From Octopus vulgaris (Eukaryota): DNA of 62,000 nt. The position numbers and the translations under genes were made by a program. The DNA is taken from NCBI GenBank assembly GCA_951406725.2, contig OX597815.1, forward strand, positions 189,740,001 through 189,802,000, written 5' to 3'. The stretch's first letter is position 1, and each line of letters begins with the position of its first letter. Below the pieces are notes generated by a model that saw only the letters and a program-made list of their open reading frames with translations, was not told the origin of the DNA and searched no databases. Positions 38,676 to 50,665 of this stretch are shown one piece after another.

Positions 38676-38799
38676 TCACACACACACACAAACACACACA
38701 CATTCACACATACACATGCGCACACACATATGCACAGAGAAACATACACGCAAATATATATACATATGTATATACATATAAACATATACATATTTATAC

Positions 38800-38834
<35 letters not shown>

Positions 38835-39485
38835 CGGCGGTGAATTAGCATGGCCGCAGCTCTGAGCTGAAACTAGAGAAGAAAAAAAATATATATATAT
38901 ATAGAGAGAGCGGTATAAACATATATATATATACATATATATACATATACACACATACATGTATATATATATTATATATATTATCCATCTGTTGCTATTT
39001 ATTCATGTATATAGATATTCATACATACGTCTGTGTGCTTGTGCGTGTGTGTGTTTGTATGTATGTATGCATGTATATGTATGTATGTATGTGTGTATGT
39101 ACGTATGTATGTACAAATGTATGTATGTATGCATGTATGTATGTATGTATGTATGTATATGTGTATGTATGTATGTATGCATGCTTGTATGTATGTATGT
39201 GTATGTATGTATGTGTGTATGTATATGTATGTACGTATTTATGTATGTATGTATGTACGTACGTACGTATTTATGTATGTATGTATGTATGTATGTATGC
39301 ATTTATTTATGTATGTATGTATTATGTATGTATATGTATGTATGTATGTACACGTGTATGTATGTATGTATGTATGCTTGTATGCATGTATGTATGTGTG
39401 CTTGTATGTATGTATGTATGTGTGTATGTATATGTATGTATTTATGTATGTATGTATGTATGTAAGCATGCATGTATGTATGTGT
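38630..39485. repeat. (CA)n, (TA)n and (TATG)n microsatellite field
   Basis: Visible directly. Confidence 0.95.
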
Positions 39486-40405
39486 ATCCACGCAAATTAT
39501 TCAAATGTCAATAATTTGGCAACATCCACCCCAGCTATAATTGCTCGCACGCAACAATATTGTCGAAACATAAGTAACCCTCAGAGTTCATTGAGGCTTT
39601 CTGTGTTTTTGCCGGTTACTTCCCACGGAGGAAATACTTGAAGTGTTATGAATTATCAACAATAGATGTCACGGGGGTTAAATCCCATCACTGTCAAATT
39701 TCCCTGAAAGGAATGGCTGCGAATATAACTGACTCTTCTTCTTGTTGAGATATCTCGAAAAACCATAGAATAAAACATAAAATATTGATTACTATATTCA
39801 GCTTTCTATTAACATCATATTTTAAATTAATGTCTTCCATACATCCTATGTGGTACACGGTTATCACTATAAAGCAGCATCAAATTTTATTAAACATCAG
39901 CATAAAGAATATGAATTCATCCATAAGGATTTCATATCATAATTTGGATCTAAGGATGTTACATATGAATGTGAAGAAATTGATATACTTTGATTTCCTC
40001 ATTAGAGGTATGAAATCACAAAGGAGACGATATCCTCAGTTTTTAATTATACTATTTACAATGTTATAACAACATGCCTTTTATTAATAATTCTGCAAAT
40101 GTAAGAACTGGTAATCTTATTAGCTTCTATGAGATCTTACGCTCGAGTGACCGAATGCAGATTCAGTTATTGATTCAATTAGAGATGCTTCTATTTGATC
40201 TTCCACTACTGTAGGAAATATCTTTTATCGAATGAAGTCTTTCTTATTCCTTTAACTGAAATATAATTTTGATCCCTCGCACTGATAAATTGAATTGATC
40301 ATAGCTAAATGCAAAGTGAAGCTAATATACTAGAATATATCAGCCAGTCTGAAAGCGGGTTCTCCTCTTTGCAAACAAATAGGCACAGACAGGGATTTTA
40401 CTGAC

Positions 40406-40447
40406 CATGAATTCTAAGACATTCCTCTGTTACTCATTGATGTGTGT
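40406..40447 (-). CDS. Candidate exon (42 nt, phase 2 to 2) with in-frame TAG: HTSMSNRGMS*NS
   Basis: Strong acceptor ttcttattttgtttcag. The donor TG|gtcagt was chosen among several possible. TAG at 40414-40416. Confidence 0.25.
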
Positions 40448-40671
40448 CTGAAACAAAATAAGAATCTAAAGATGTGACTGACCTATTTTTCGTATTTTTA
40501 AGTACTTTCAGAGGAGAGAAAAAAACACAGGCTTGGATCTTCAATAGACATCAAAGCTCTATTGGATAATACACGCAATTTAATTCCCTCCTAAACACTC
40601 TAGAATCTATTTCTCTACACTTTCTAGATAATGATTTAGTTTGATATATACATATACACACATATATATAC

Positions 40672-40711
<40 letters not shown>

Positions 40712-41359
40712 TGTGTGTGTATGTATATATATTATAGTCATATTTATATATTTATATTCATATATATATATATATGTATATATATCTATATATATCTTAG
40801 CCAGCGGGGTGGAGTCATTTGAAGGCTAAAACAATGCGATTGCATTGTGACCAGCGATGTGTAACAACATCTGATGGTCTGGTCGGTCACGTGATCACGT
40901 GATATATATATATATATGAGTCAAATTCCATTCAGAATTTATAAACAAATTCAAGATTCTCAAGATAGAAGCCATTGGCTCAAGGTTCTGTGCAGTGGAA
41001 TCAAACCAGAACTGCATGGTTGGAAAATGAGCTGCTTAACCACACAGCCATAACTTGCGACCACATTTAGCTGAAATAAAAAAAAAATTAGGATCAAACA
41101 AGAAATTACAGACAACTAAAGATTACTTCTTCAAGATTCCAATAAACTGGACCTTTTAAACAGAAAACCTGTTCACTCAAATTTATGCAAATAGAAAATA
41201 AATTCATTTAAATCTAATATCAGTTCAATAGAAATGACTGCTGGCTACTCTATTATCATGTAAATGACTATACCAATCAGTTTGATAGCTTTTGCCTTAG
41301 AATTATCTAATTCTAATCTTGACACTATATCAAACTTAATTGGTTATCTAAATATATTT

Positions 41360-41560
41360 CAAGTAATCTTATTATCCAGGCAGCATTGTTATTTGAGCAT
41401 TCATAATTTGAGCAGGTCTTCTTGGACTGGTGAGGTCATTGCAGTTGGTGTTCAATTCCAAATTCTACAGTTTAATGTTAGTAGAGAAAGTATGAAGAGA
41501 AAGGAACTCTTAGAAAAGTTTGCACTTTTTGAGAGGAAGCCTTGAGGAAAGCATTTAGTA
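41360..41560 (+). mobile_element. Possible decayed LINE 3' coding remnant
   Basis: Frameshifted resemblance to the RTE C-terminus (W.GH, IP, R..G..RK); weak. Confidence 0.25.
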
Positions 41561-41724
41561 CGGATGCTGGTAGGACACAAATACAGGCACCGTAACAAGG
41601 AGGAGAGGAAAGGCAGAATGAGTAATTTGGTTTGACTATCTTCAGAGAGATAGCAACCACTGCAGTTACCTAAGAAGAGAAGTCAAGCCTGATCAAAACC
41701 ATTCCAGTCAAGACTACTCCATCA

Positions 41725-42135
41725 CTCCATATTTTTCATTATCATCATCATCATCGTTTAAAGTCTGCTTTCCATGCTAGCATGGGTTGGACGATTTGAC
41801 TGAGGACTGGCGATCTAGATGGCTGCACCAAGCTCCAACCGGATTTGGCAAAGTTTCTACAGCTGGATGCCCTTCCTAACGCCAACCACTCTGAGAGTGT
41901 TGTGGGTGATTTTACGTGCCACCAGCACAGGGGCCTGTCAGGCGGTACTGGCAGCAGCCACACTCAAATGGTCCTTTTTATGTGCTACCTGCACAGGAGC
42001 CAGTCCAGTGGCACTGGCAACGACCTCGCTTGAATGTTTTTTCACGTGCCACCAGCACAAGTGCTAGTAAGGCGACGCAGGTAATGATAGTAAGGTGATG
42101 CAGGTAACGATAGTAAGGTGACGCAGGTAACAATT
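41725..42135 (-). mobile_element. Family D retroelement
   Basis: Body plus modules; ends in a 21-bp triple repeat. Confidence 0.8.
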
Positions 42136-42261
42136 TTGTGAATCAAAAGTTTTATTGCTCTATTATATTGTTTGTTTCTTAAGATGATAATTTATGATTT
42201 GAGAGCGAGAGATTGACAGAATCAATAAACATGAGACTAAATACTTTGTGATACTCGTTAG

Positions 42262-42443
42262 AACTATTTTTACATTTGCAAAAAAATTTCAAATCTTGAT
42301 GAAGTTATATTTCGTCATTTCAATGGTACAGAAGTTGATTCAATCAAATCAACTGTCAACCTTGGTAAACATTCAATCGCTCAACAATATACAGGCAGTG
42401 TCGAAATCCTTATTCCACAGTTGGCTTTAAGGCCTAATGAAAT
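42262..42443 (+). CDS. Candidate plus-strand exon or ORF fragment: NYFYICKKISNLDEVIFRHFNGTEVDSIKSTVNLGKHSIAQQYTGSVEILIPQLALRPNE
   Basis: 60 open codons of balanced composition between ttag| and |gtgagg in AT-rich unique DNA. Weak polypyrimidine tract; no family recognised. Confidence 0.3.
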
Positions 42444-42502
42444 GTGAGGTTGGTTGGAAAACACTGCGATTACATCAATATTATCAATATATAAGACACA
42501 AC

Positions 42503-43000
42503 GGAGGTGCGTGGCTTAGTGGTTAGGGTGTTGAACTCATGATTGTAAGGTTGTGGTTTCGATTCCTGGGCCAAATGATGTGTTGTGCTCTTGAGTAAAA
42601 CACTTCATTTCACGTTGCTCCAGTCCACTCAGCTGGCAAAAATGAGTAACTCTGCGATGGACCGGCGTCCCATCCAGGTGGGGAACCTATATGCCAAGGA
42701 AACCGGGAAACCGGCTCTTATGAGCCTGGCATGGCTCGAGAAGGAACATTTAGTGGAGGCACATGGCTTAGTGGTTAGGGTGTTGAGCTCATGATTGTAA
42801 GGTTGTGAGGTTGTTGTTTCGATTCCTGGACCAGGTGATGCGTTGTGTTCTTGAGCAAAACACTTCATTTTCACGTTGCTCCAGTCCACTCAGCTAGCAA
42901 AATTGAGTAATCCTGCGATGGATCCAGGTGGGGAATTTCTACGCCACTGAAACCAGGAAACCGGCCCTTATGAGCCTGGCATGGCTCAAGAACGAACATT
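42503..43000 (+). mobile_element. SINE family E variant, tandem dimer
   Basis: Two ~250-bp units (42503-42750, 42752-43000) ending gagcctggcatggctc.agaa.gaacattt. A related 3' part lies at ~9700-9790. Confidence 0.85.
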
Positions 43001-43692
43001 TATTTATTCAATAAGACACAACACAACCAACACATAAACACACACATATCCCCATCATTCAATCATTTATGTAGAAAATAATATACAGAAGGAAGTCTAT
43101 GGAAGACATAATTGAATCCTGAGGAATACTAGCATTGACATAATATGCATGTAATGAGCATCATTAACATACACTCTATTAGAGCGATCAGAGATTTAAA
43201 AAAATGTCTCAATCATCTTTTATATGCCATGTACATTGTTTACAATCTTTTCTAAAAATGTAGAAACTTTTCAATTCTATCATGACATTTCTGAGCTGAA
43301 TTTTATATTTGCTAACATAGGGAGATGAATCATTGTAAATTTGCTGAATTAGTAAAGGGCAAATATTTTATTTTTTCATAGTTGGAATTTATAGGAAATC
43401 AGAAGACAAAGACTGGTGTAGCAACAACAAGCAAGTGTATTAGTTTGATGGTCAGGAAAAATGGAAAAGTCTTTTGTGTTTCGAGCCTACGCTCTTCAAC
43501 AGAAAGGAATAAGAGAAAATAAACAGAGAGAGAATGAAAAAAAAACTTGTAGATTTCAGCTGTCCAGCACATCTATATTATCCGTTAATTTAAATTTTAG
43601 CATGTTAAAATGCTAAATCATCAAACTAAAACATTTTTGAAAATTACTAATTTTTAATCTCACAACATGAGATATTCAGCAACAGTACTTTG

Positions 43693-43986
43693 TAGCAAAG
43701 ATTGTTTGCCAACATAACATGGCAGTCCTGGTTTAGGAATAATGTTGCTGTAATTTAGCCCCAGGAGACATCGTCTTCAGCCAGCTATGAAGAGAAATAA
43801 CCCAGAAATTACAATACACAGATATTGTTTTGAGCTGAGTGAGGATACTAGATTCCCTTGTTCAAAAAATGTAAGGACACAGTTCGTGTCATATAGCCAG
43901 CTGGACACGATGTCTCCTGAGCTAAATTACAGCAACATTAGTCCTAAACCAGGACTACCATGTTATGCTGGCAAACAATCTTTACT
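43693..43986. mobile_element. MITE-like element with ~100-bp inverted arms and a ~100-bp spacer
   Basis: 43693-~43790 is the reverse complement of ~43889-43986. Confidence 0.7.
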
Positions 43987-44349
43987 ATAAAACATTTTTA
44001 TCTTTTAAAGAAGAAATGTGGATGAGACATGGAAGTGCCCCTAGTGAGGCAATTTTCACAGACTTTTCTATCAAAAGACATTGTTACAGCATTGTCTTTG
44101 CTACTTTCTGTAGACTGAGAGACTAGACATGGTTCTCAGGAGAAATTAAAGCAATGCACATTTCTAAATGTTTCATTCATTTTTGAATTGTCAGGAGTGA
44201 ATGGTTACACTCTTGTAAGTTTCCATAGAAGGTATATAAGGAGAGAAAGATTAAAGAATTTAACAGGGACGAGGCTCATCTTTGTAACACTATTTGAGTT
44301 AATAGACAAATTAATTGTACCAGTCACTTTCAGTACCAGTCACTTTCTC

Positions 44350-45065
44350 TCACTTTACTCTTTTACTTGTTTCAGTTATTTGACTGCAGCCATGCTGGAG
44401 CACTGCCTTTAGTCGAGCAAATCGACCCCAGGACTTATTCTTTGCAAGCCTAGTACTTATTCTATCAGTCTCTTTTGCCGAACCGCTAGGTTACGGGGAT
44501 GTAAATACACCAGCATCAGTTTTCAAGCGATGTTGTGGGGACAAACACAGACACACAAACATACACACACACACATATATATATACATCGAAATCGAAAT
44601 CTTTCAACATCAATGGAAATTGCAGCTGTGATACCAGTGCCGGTGGCACATAAGAGAACCGTCCGAACGTGGCCGTTGCCAGCGCCGCCCCGACTGGCCT
44701 CCGTGCCGGTGGCACGTAAAAAGCACATCCGATCATGGCCGTTTGCCAGCCTCGTCTGGCACCTGTGCTGGTGACACATAAAAAGCACCCACTACACTCT
44801 CGGAGTGGTTGGCATTAGGAAGGGCATCCAGCTGTAGAAACACTGCCGGATCAGACTGGGCCTGGCGCAGCCTCCTGGCTTCCCAGACCCCAGTTGAACC
44901 GTCCAACCCATGCTAGCATGGAAAGCGGACGTTAAACGATGATGATGATGATGATATATATGATGGGCTTCGTTGAGTTTCCATCTACCAAATCCACTCA
45001 CAAAGCTTTGGTCAGCCTGAGGTTATAGAAGAAGACACTTGCCCAAGGTGTCATGCAGTGGGATT
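44350..45065 (-). mobile_element. SINE family A split by a family D element
   Basis: Tail 44350-44580, head part 44960-45065. Confidence 0.75.
44625..44955 (+). mobile_element. Family D retroelement nested in family A
   Basis: CpG-rich young copy. Confidence 0.85.
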
Positions 45066-45490
45066 AACGCCAACCACTCCGAGGGTGTTGTGGGTGCTTT
45101 TTACATGACACTGGCATGAGGGCCAGTCAGGTCATACTGGCATCGACCACGCTTGAATGGTACTTTTTATGTGCCACCAGTATGGGAGCCAGTCAGGCAG
45201 CACTGGCAGTGACCATGCTTGAATGGTGCTTTTTATGTGCCACCTGCATGGGACCAGTCAGCTGGCACTGGCATCGACCATGCTCAAATGGCACTTTTTA
45301 CATGTCACCAGCATGGGAGCCAGTCAGGTGGCACTGGCAACCACCATGCTCGAATGGAGTTTTTACATGCCACCAGCATGGGATGAGTCAGCCAGCACTG
45401 GCATCAACCATGCTCAAATAATGGTCTTTATGTGCCAGTGGCACAGGTGCCAATCAGGTGGTACTCTCATTGACCATGACAGCAATTTCA
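45066..45490 (-). mobile_element. Family D partial copy with six ~65-bp modules
   Basis: Tandem tttt.a..tg.caccagcatggga.ccagtcagg..g.actggca..gaccatgct..aatgg units. Confidence 0.8.
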
Positions 45491-47722
45491 CCAAGTGAAA
45501 TCTTGTGTTATCATTCTCGTTATAATAAGATCTTGATTGAGATTTTAATTTAAATATGAACGCTTAGTTGAGCCAGTTTCTGGTATAATGATGTTAAAAG
45601 GGTTCACCGTTGTAATACTTTAATGCAGTTTAGTGCACACAGATTATATATGATGGGGAAAATGGGTCATTAGTTGATAGTGGAGGTTATATACATGAAA
45701 AAGGAGACCAAGAAAGACTTGAGAAGACATTATATGATTAAATCTGAGAAATATGGGCTTTGCAATGAGATTAGTCAGGATCAAGGTAAATAAGAAGTAT
45801 TATTATCAAACCTTTCCAGTTCCTGACAGCAATAAAAAAAATGGATGTTGAAATAAAAACGACAACAAAGAAAAAGCAAGCAATAAGTGGACATAAATGC
45901 AAATCTTATGTTTAGCTACAATAAACATTTCTTAATCTTGTAAAGATCATCTGTTGATAAAAGCCATCAAGGCAAAGCCACAAAATATTACACAATATTT
46001 CAATATACAGTACACATTATTATTAGCAACTATCTTTTTCCATTTAATATTTTGTCTTTCATTTCTATTCAACAGTCATTCTTGGCTAAGTAATATTCCA
46101 AGTGAATCTATTCCAACCCTATTAATGTATCTGTCAAGGAAATTTTATTTATTGCTAAAAATAATCAACAAGAAAAAAAAACTGTTGTGTAAAGTATATC
46201 AGAGAAGATATCTCTGCAATTATAGCATGTTTTTATTAGTTCTTTTGGGTCTGAAATAATATGAAGGATTAATTTGATAGAGATAAAATATCATAAATGG
46301 TATCAATTTCAGTTTCCATCATTTCCCAAATGACTAGAAACTAATATGAAATTACTTTCATGTGTACTGATAGCTAAATATCTTTCTTCACGTGTTTCAT
46401 GTTGAAATTTCTTAAATTATTGATACTATAAATCCAAACCCGAATTAGTCACAGTGAAAAAGTAATAAATATTAACACTGGTAGTAATAAAAAGTTTATA
46501 GTAAATTCAGCGGAAATATCTCATTTCAGAAATAACGACAAATAAAATATAGATTAAATATTTGTCACTTTGCTTGGAAATCCTTATTATTCTGTACCGA
46601 AGATTTTATGGTTTCTTTGCATGCAATAGGTACTTCACACCTACTGAAGATATTGACAGTAGACTTTTATAAAGTAAAGCATCATCATCATCATCATCAT
46701 CATCGTCACAAATTGAGATTTTATGATAATATCATTCATTGTATGTTCTTATTTGCTCTAACTGTTACATTTTATGTGGCACCAATGGCTAAGTCAAATG
46801 TACTTTTAATCAGACGCTTTTATAATGAACACCATAATATGTTTGTGACCAAAACACAAACATATTTATAAACTGAAACTTACCTGACTTCATCAATTAT
46901 TTATCGTTAATCTACTATATTAGTGCACTTAAAAATCAATATTCTTGTATATATTTTCCTCTAATGCGTTATCCTCTCAAGTTTGCTGGTGCTAAGTTTT
47001 ATGATCAATTTGTTCTACTTAGCTATTATTGTAAGTGCTGATCTCTCAAAAGAAACTGTTTGACTGAAAATCTTACAACCTAGTAAATACTTGTAATAAA
47101 ATCGAAAGCTACAGAGAAATGAGTAAATCACTTTATTGCCAAGTATAATTTATTATAATATCTGAATTGATAATGTCAAATACCTACAGCAAAAACAAAT
47201 TGTGAGTGAAAACAACTGAGTTATTATAGTTCACTGGTAATTGTATTTCGCTCAGCTGTATGAGGCTTGGCTTCCATTTTACTCTGTATTCGGAATAAAT
47301 AACACAAATATTATTCAGGTTTTAAGCATTTGAGTAATAAAATAGTTTATAGACAAAAGATATTTATGTTGTTAACTCAATAATTTCTACTACGAATGCT
47401 GCCACTACTAATATCATAACCAACTTTATCACCACCGGTGCCGTTGTCTAAAATTTACATTCAGTGAACCACCACTGGAAGTAACAGTAAAATTTGTGAT
47501 CCAATGAAAGATCTTCTGTATGGTTGGTCAACCATCAAAATGGCTTTACATCTTAAAGAAACATGAATTTAGATGTCTATACACTGATTGTATCCACATA
47601 AATCATCTCTAATGCAGACACCACCAAAGTCTACTATCATTTGGGGGAAATAGTGAATAATAGAATAAATTTTACGTGCCCTGAGTGCTACTTTGAATTT
47701 CATATAACTAAATACTACAGAA

Positions 47723-48130
47723 GGCGGTGAGCTGGCAGAACCGTTAACACACCAGGTGAAATGCGTAGCCATATTTTGTCTGCCGTTACATTCTGAGTTC
47801 AAATTCCGCTGAGGTCGACTTCGCCTTTCATCCTTTCGGGGTCGATAAATTAAGTACTAGTTATGCACTGAGGTCGATGTAATCGACATGATCCATTTGT
47901 CTGTCCTTGTTTATCCTCTCTGTGTTTAGCCCCTTGTGGGTAGTAAAGAAATAGGTATTTCGTCTGTTGCTACGTTCTGAGTTCAAATTACGCCAAGGTC
48001 GACTTCGCCTTTCATCCTTTCAGGTCGATAAATTAAGTACCAGTTACGCACTGGGGTCGATTTAATCGACTTAATTCGTTTGTCTGTCCTCATTTGTCAC
48101 CACTATGTATAACCCCTTTTGGGCAATAAA
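47723..48130 (+). mobile_element. SINE family B head-to-tail dimer
   Basis: Same junction (aagaaataggtatttcgtc) as 19965-20365. Confidence 0.85.
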
Positions 48131-48248
48131 GAAACATAAATACTACAGAGCAGAATTTATAATGTGATCCATTAACAGATTCAAGTTTGGTATATCAAAA
48201 ACACAGTAAAGGTGTGATTGTGGTAGTCACAATCATAAAATTATTTAC

Positions 48249-48337
48249 CTCCATGTCATGTATCTGCCTGAGAAGAGCTAGGTACAGTTAATCAAGAACA
48301 ACAACAGCATGAAGCCCACCGATTCAAAAATAATATA
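48249..48337 (-). CDS. Candidate exon (89 nt, phase 0 to 2) with in-frame TAG: YIIFESVGFMLLLFLINCT*LFSGRYMTW
   Basis: Acceptor ctccccaacaaatacag, donor GAG|gtaaat. TAG at 48278-48280; the other two frames also have stops. Confidence 0.3.
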
Positions 48338-48368
48338 CTGTATTTGTTGGGGAGTAAGTCACCGAAAG

Positions 48369-48761
48369 GAATTATATCAATATTTATATAGTATCCAGCT
48401 GAAGTACCAGTGAATTGGATGTTTAACACACCCCTTTGAAGGATTTCATTTCCTCACCTTGTGACTCAAAGTAAAGGGGAAAAAAATTATATTCAAAGTT
48501 ACACTGCAGAACACCTAGCATCGTCTTGTGGCACACCAGCATTCCGCTGTATACCAATTGTGGAGCACTTGTTTAGATTGTCACCAATCATGATAGAGAA
48601 TATTATATACCTTTGTTTATCTTCTAAGACAGTGCTTCTCACAATGGGTGGTAATATTGCCTGGGAGGTATTGGAAAATTAAAATTTTATATAGGAACTG
48701 GGGACAAAGTAGACTATACAGTAATTTTTCTTTAGATTTTGTCTCTCATTTAACCCCTCAG
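48369..48761. repeat. Left arm of a ~390-bp inverted duplication
   Basis: Reverse complement of 50274-50665 with scattered substitutions; contains hAT-MITE-like ends. Confidence 0.9.
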
Positions 48762-48834
48762 AATGAAAATTTTCATTTAAAATGTAGGTGTTTGAGCCAC
48801 ACTTGCGGTATAAGATTATTTGATAATACGGACA

Positions 48835-49240
48835 TACAATCCTTTAATCAGAAATCTAAAATCTGAAAAGCCCCCAAAACTGAATATTTTTTGTGGAGGG
48901 CAGAGCATTTCATAACAGAAGTCATTTACTGTGCAAACAGCTGACTACTATGAGCCATCTCACTCAGGATTGGCATGGCAATGTCTGGCAGGTCAGCCAC
49001 CACTTACTGCCAAGCATCAGGTGTGACTCAACAGTTGTAGATAGAAGATATCCATTTGTTGTTTTCTGTCTTCGAGTTGTTTCTTGTGATTTTGTATATA
49101 ATTTACCCTGAAAATGTCAAAAAAGAACTGCAGATACCCCAATGGATAACAGTGAGGAAAAGATAAGGAAACATTTATCATTATCAATTACATAGAAAGT
49201 GGAGTTACTACAGAACTTCCATCATGGTACGTCTGTGCTA
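48835..49240 (+). mobile_element. Tigger/pogo-like transposon 5' fragment
   Basis: Frameshifted MSK/RTADTPMDNSEEKIRKHLSLSIT*KVELLQNFHHGTSV resembles the CENP-B-like N-terminus (KRKHL.LSI.QKV.LL); truncated by a SINE. Confidence 0.65.
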
Positions 49241-49244
49241 GGCA

Positions 49245-49462
49245 GCTAGCTGGCAGAAACGTTAGCACGCCAGGTGAAATGCTTAGCAGTATTTCGCCTG
49301 CTGCTACGTTCTGAGTTCAAATTCTGTCGAGGTCGACTTTGCCTTTCATCCTTTCGGGGTCGATTAAATAAGTACCAGTTACGCACTGGGGTCAATGTAA
49401 TCGACTTAATCCGTTTGTCTGTCCTTGTTTGTCCCCTCTGTGGGTAGTAAAGAAATAGGTAT
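49245..49462 (+). mobile_element. SINE family B
   Basis: Near-consensus copy. More decayed copies at ~9175, 11115, 33366, 36040 and 52110. Confidence 0.85.
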
Positions 49463-49480
49463 GTCTGTGCAGTGACTCAC

Positions 49481-49594
49481 TAAAGAATATGGTGTTGGAT
49501 CTAGAAGATTTCAAGTTTGGTTTTGGTCCAACATATGAGAATTTTTCACAAGGTAGATGCCCGTATTTTGAGCATGTTCTATTACATTCAAAAT
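49481..49594 (-). CDS. Candidate internal exon (114 nt, phase 1 to 1), (D)FECNRTCSKYGHLPCEKFSYVGPKPNLKSSRSNTIFF; product unknown
   Basis: Acceptor tattttggtttag, donor A|gtgagt, 37 open codons, non-repetitive sequence. No family recognised. Confidence 0.5.
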
Positions 49595-49642
49595 CTAAAC
49601 CAAAATATAATAATGATGATATTTCAACAGTTACACTGGGAT

Positions 49643-49755
49643 ATGCTATACAGGGTTGGCCAGAAGTCATTTGACAGTAAATCAAAATTCCATAAATACT
49701 ATCTGTAATTCTGTATTGACTCGAATGGAAAAATTTGTCACTCAAGAAGGACTTC
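49643..49755 (+). mobile_element. Possible mariner-derived fragment
   Basis: TA-CAGGGTTGGCCAGAAG TIR-like start, and RMEKFVTQEGLQFEQFS* resembling the mariner C-terminus (G.HFE.L). Confidence 0.35.
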
Positions 49756-49884
49756 AGTTTGAACAATTTTCATGATGTTTCATATTTAGATGCTTTTATT
49801 AAATTCATTCAGTTGTTTAACATAAATAAACTTTGGAATTAAATGGGTTTGATTTACTGTCAGGTGACTTTTGGCCAAACCTGC

Positions 49885-50190
49885 GTGTGCATATCATCAT
49901 CATCATCATCATCATTTAGCGTCCGCTTTCCATGCTAGCATGGGTTGGATGGTTCAACTGGGGTCTGGGAAGCCAGAAGGCTGCACCAGGCCCAGTCTGA
50001 TCTGGCAGTGTTTCTATGGCTGGATGCCCTTCCTAACGCCAACCACTCCGTGAGTGTAGTAAGTGCTTTTTACGTGCCACCGGCACAGTTGCCAGACAGG
50101 GCTGGCAAACGGCCATGGTCGGATGGTGCTTTTTACGTGCCATCGGCATGAGGGCCAGGCAGGGCTGGCAACGGACATGATCGGATGGTG
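49885..50190 (-). mobile_element. Family D retroelement
   Basis: Reverse-complement body plus modules. Confidence 0.8.
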
Positions 50191-50273
50191 CTACACACAC
50201 ACACAATTATTAAAATTATAAACAAGGGTATCTAAGAGATACCACCATGATTGAAATATGGCCAGTTTAAATG

Positions 50274-50665
50274 CTGAAGGGTTAAGTGAGAGACAAAATC
50301 TAAAGAAAAATTACTGTATAGACTACTTTGTCCCCAGTTCCTATGTAAAATTTTAATTTCCCACTACCTCCCAGGCAATCTTACCACCCATTGTGAGAAG
50401 CACTGTTTTAGCCGATTAACAAAAGTATATAATATTCTCTATCATGATTGGTGACAATCTAAAAAAGTGCTCCACAATTGGTATACAGCGGACTGTTTGT
50501 GTTCCACAAGACGATACTAGGTGTTCTGCAGTGTAACTTTGAATATAATTTTTATCCCTAAACTTTGAGTCACAAACTGAGGAATAGAAATCTTTCAAAG
50601 GGGTGTGTTAAACGTCCAGTTCACTGGTACTTCGGTTGGATACCATATAAATATTGGTATAATTC
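50274..50665. repeat. Right arm of a ~390-bp inverted duplication
   Basis: See 48369-48761. Confidence 0.9.
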
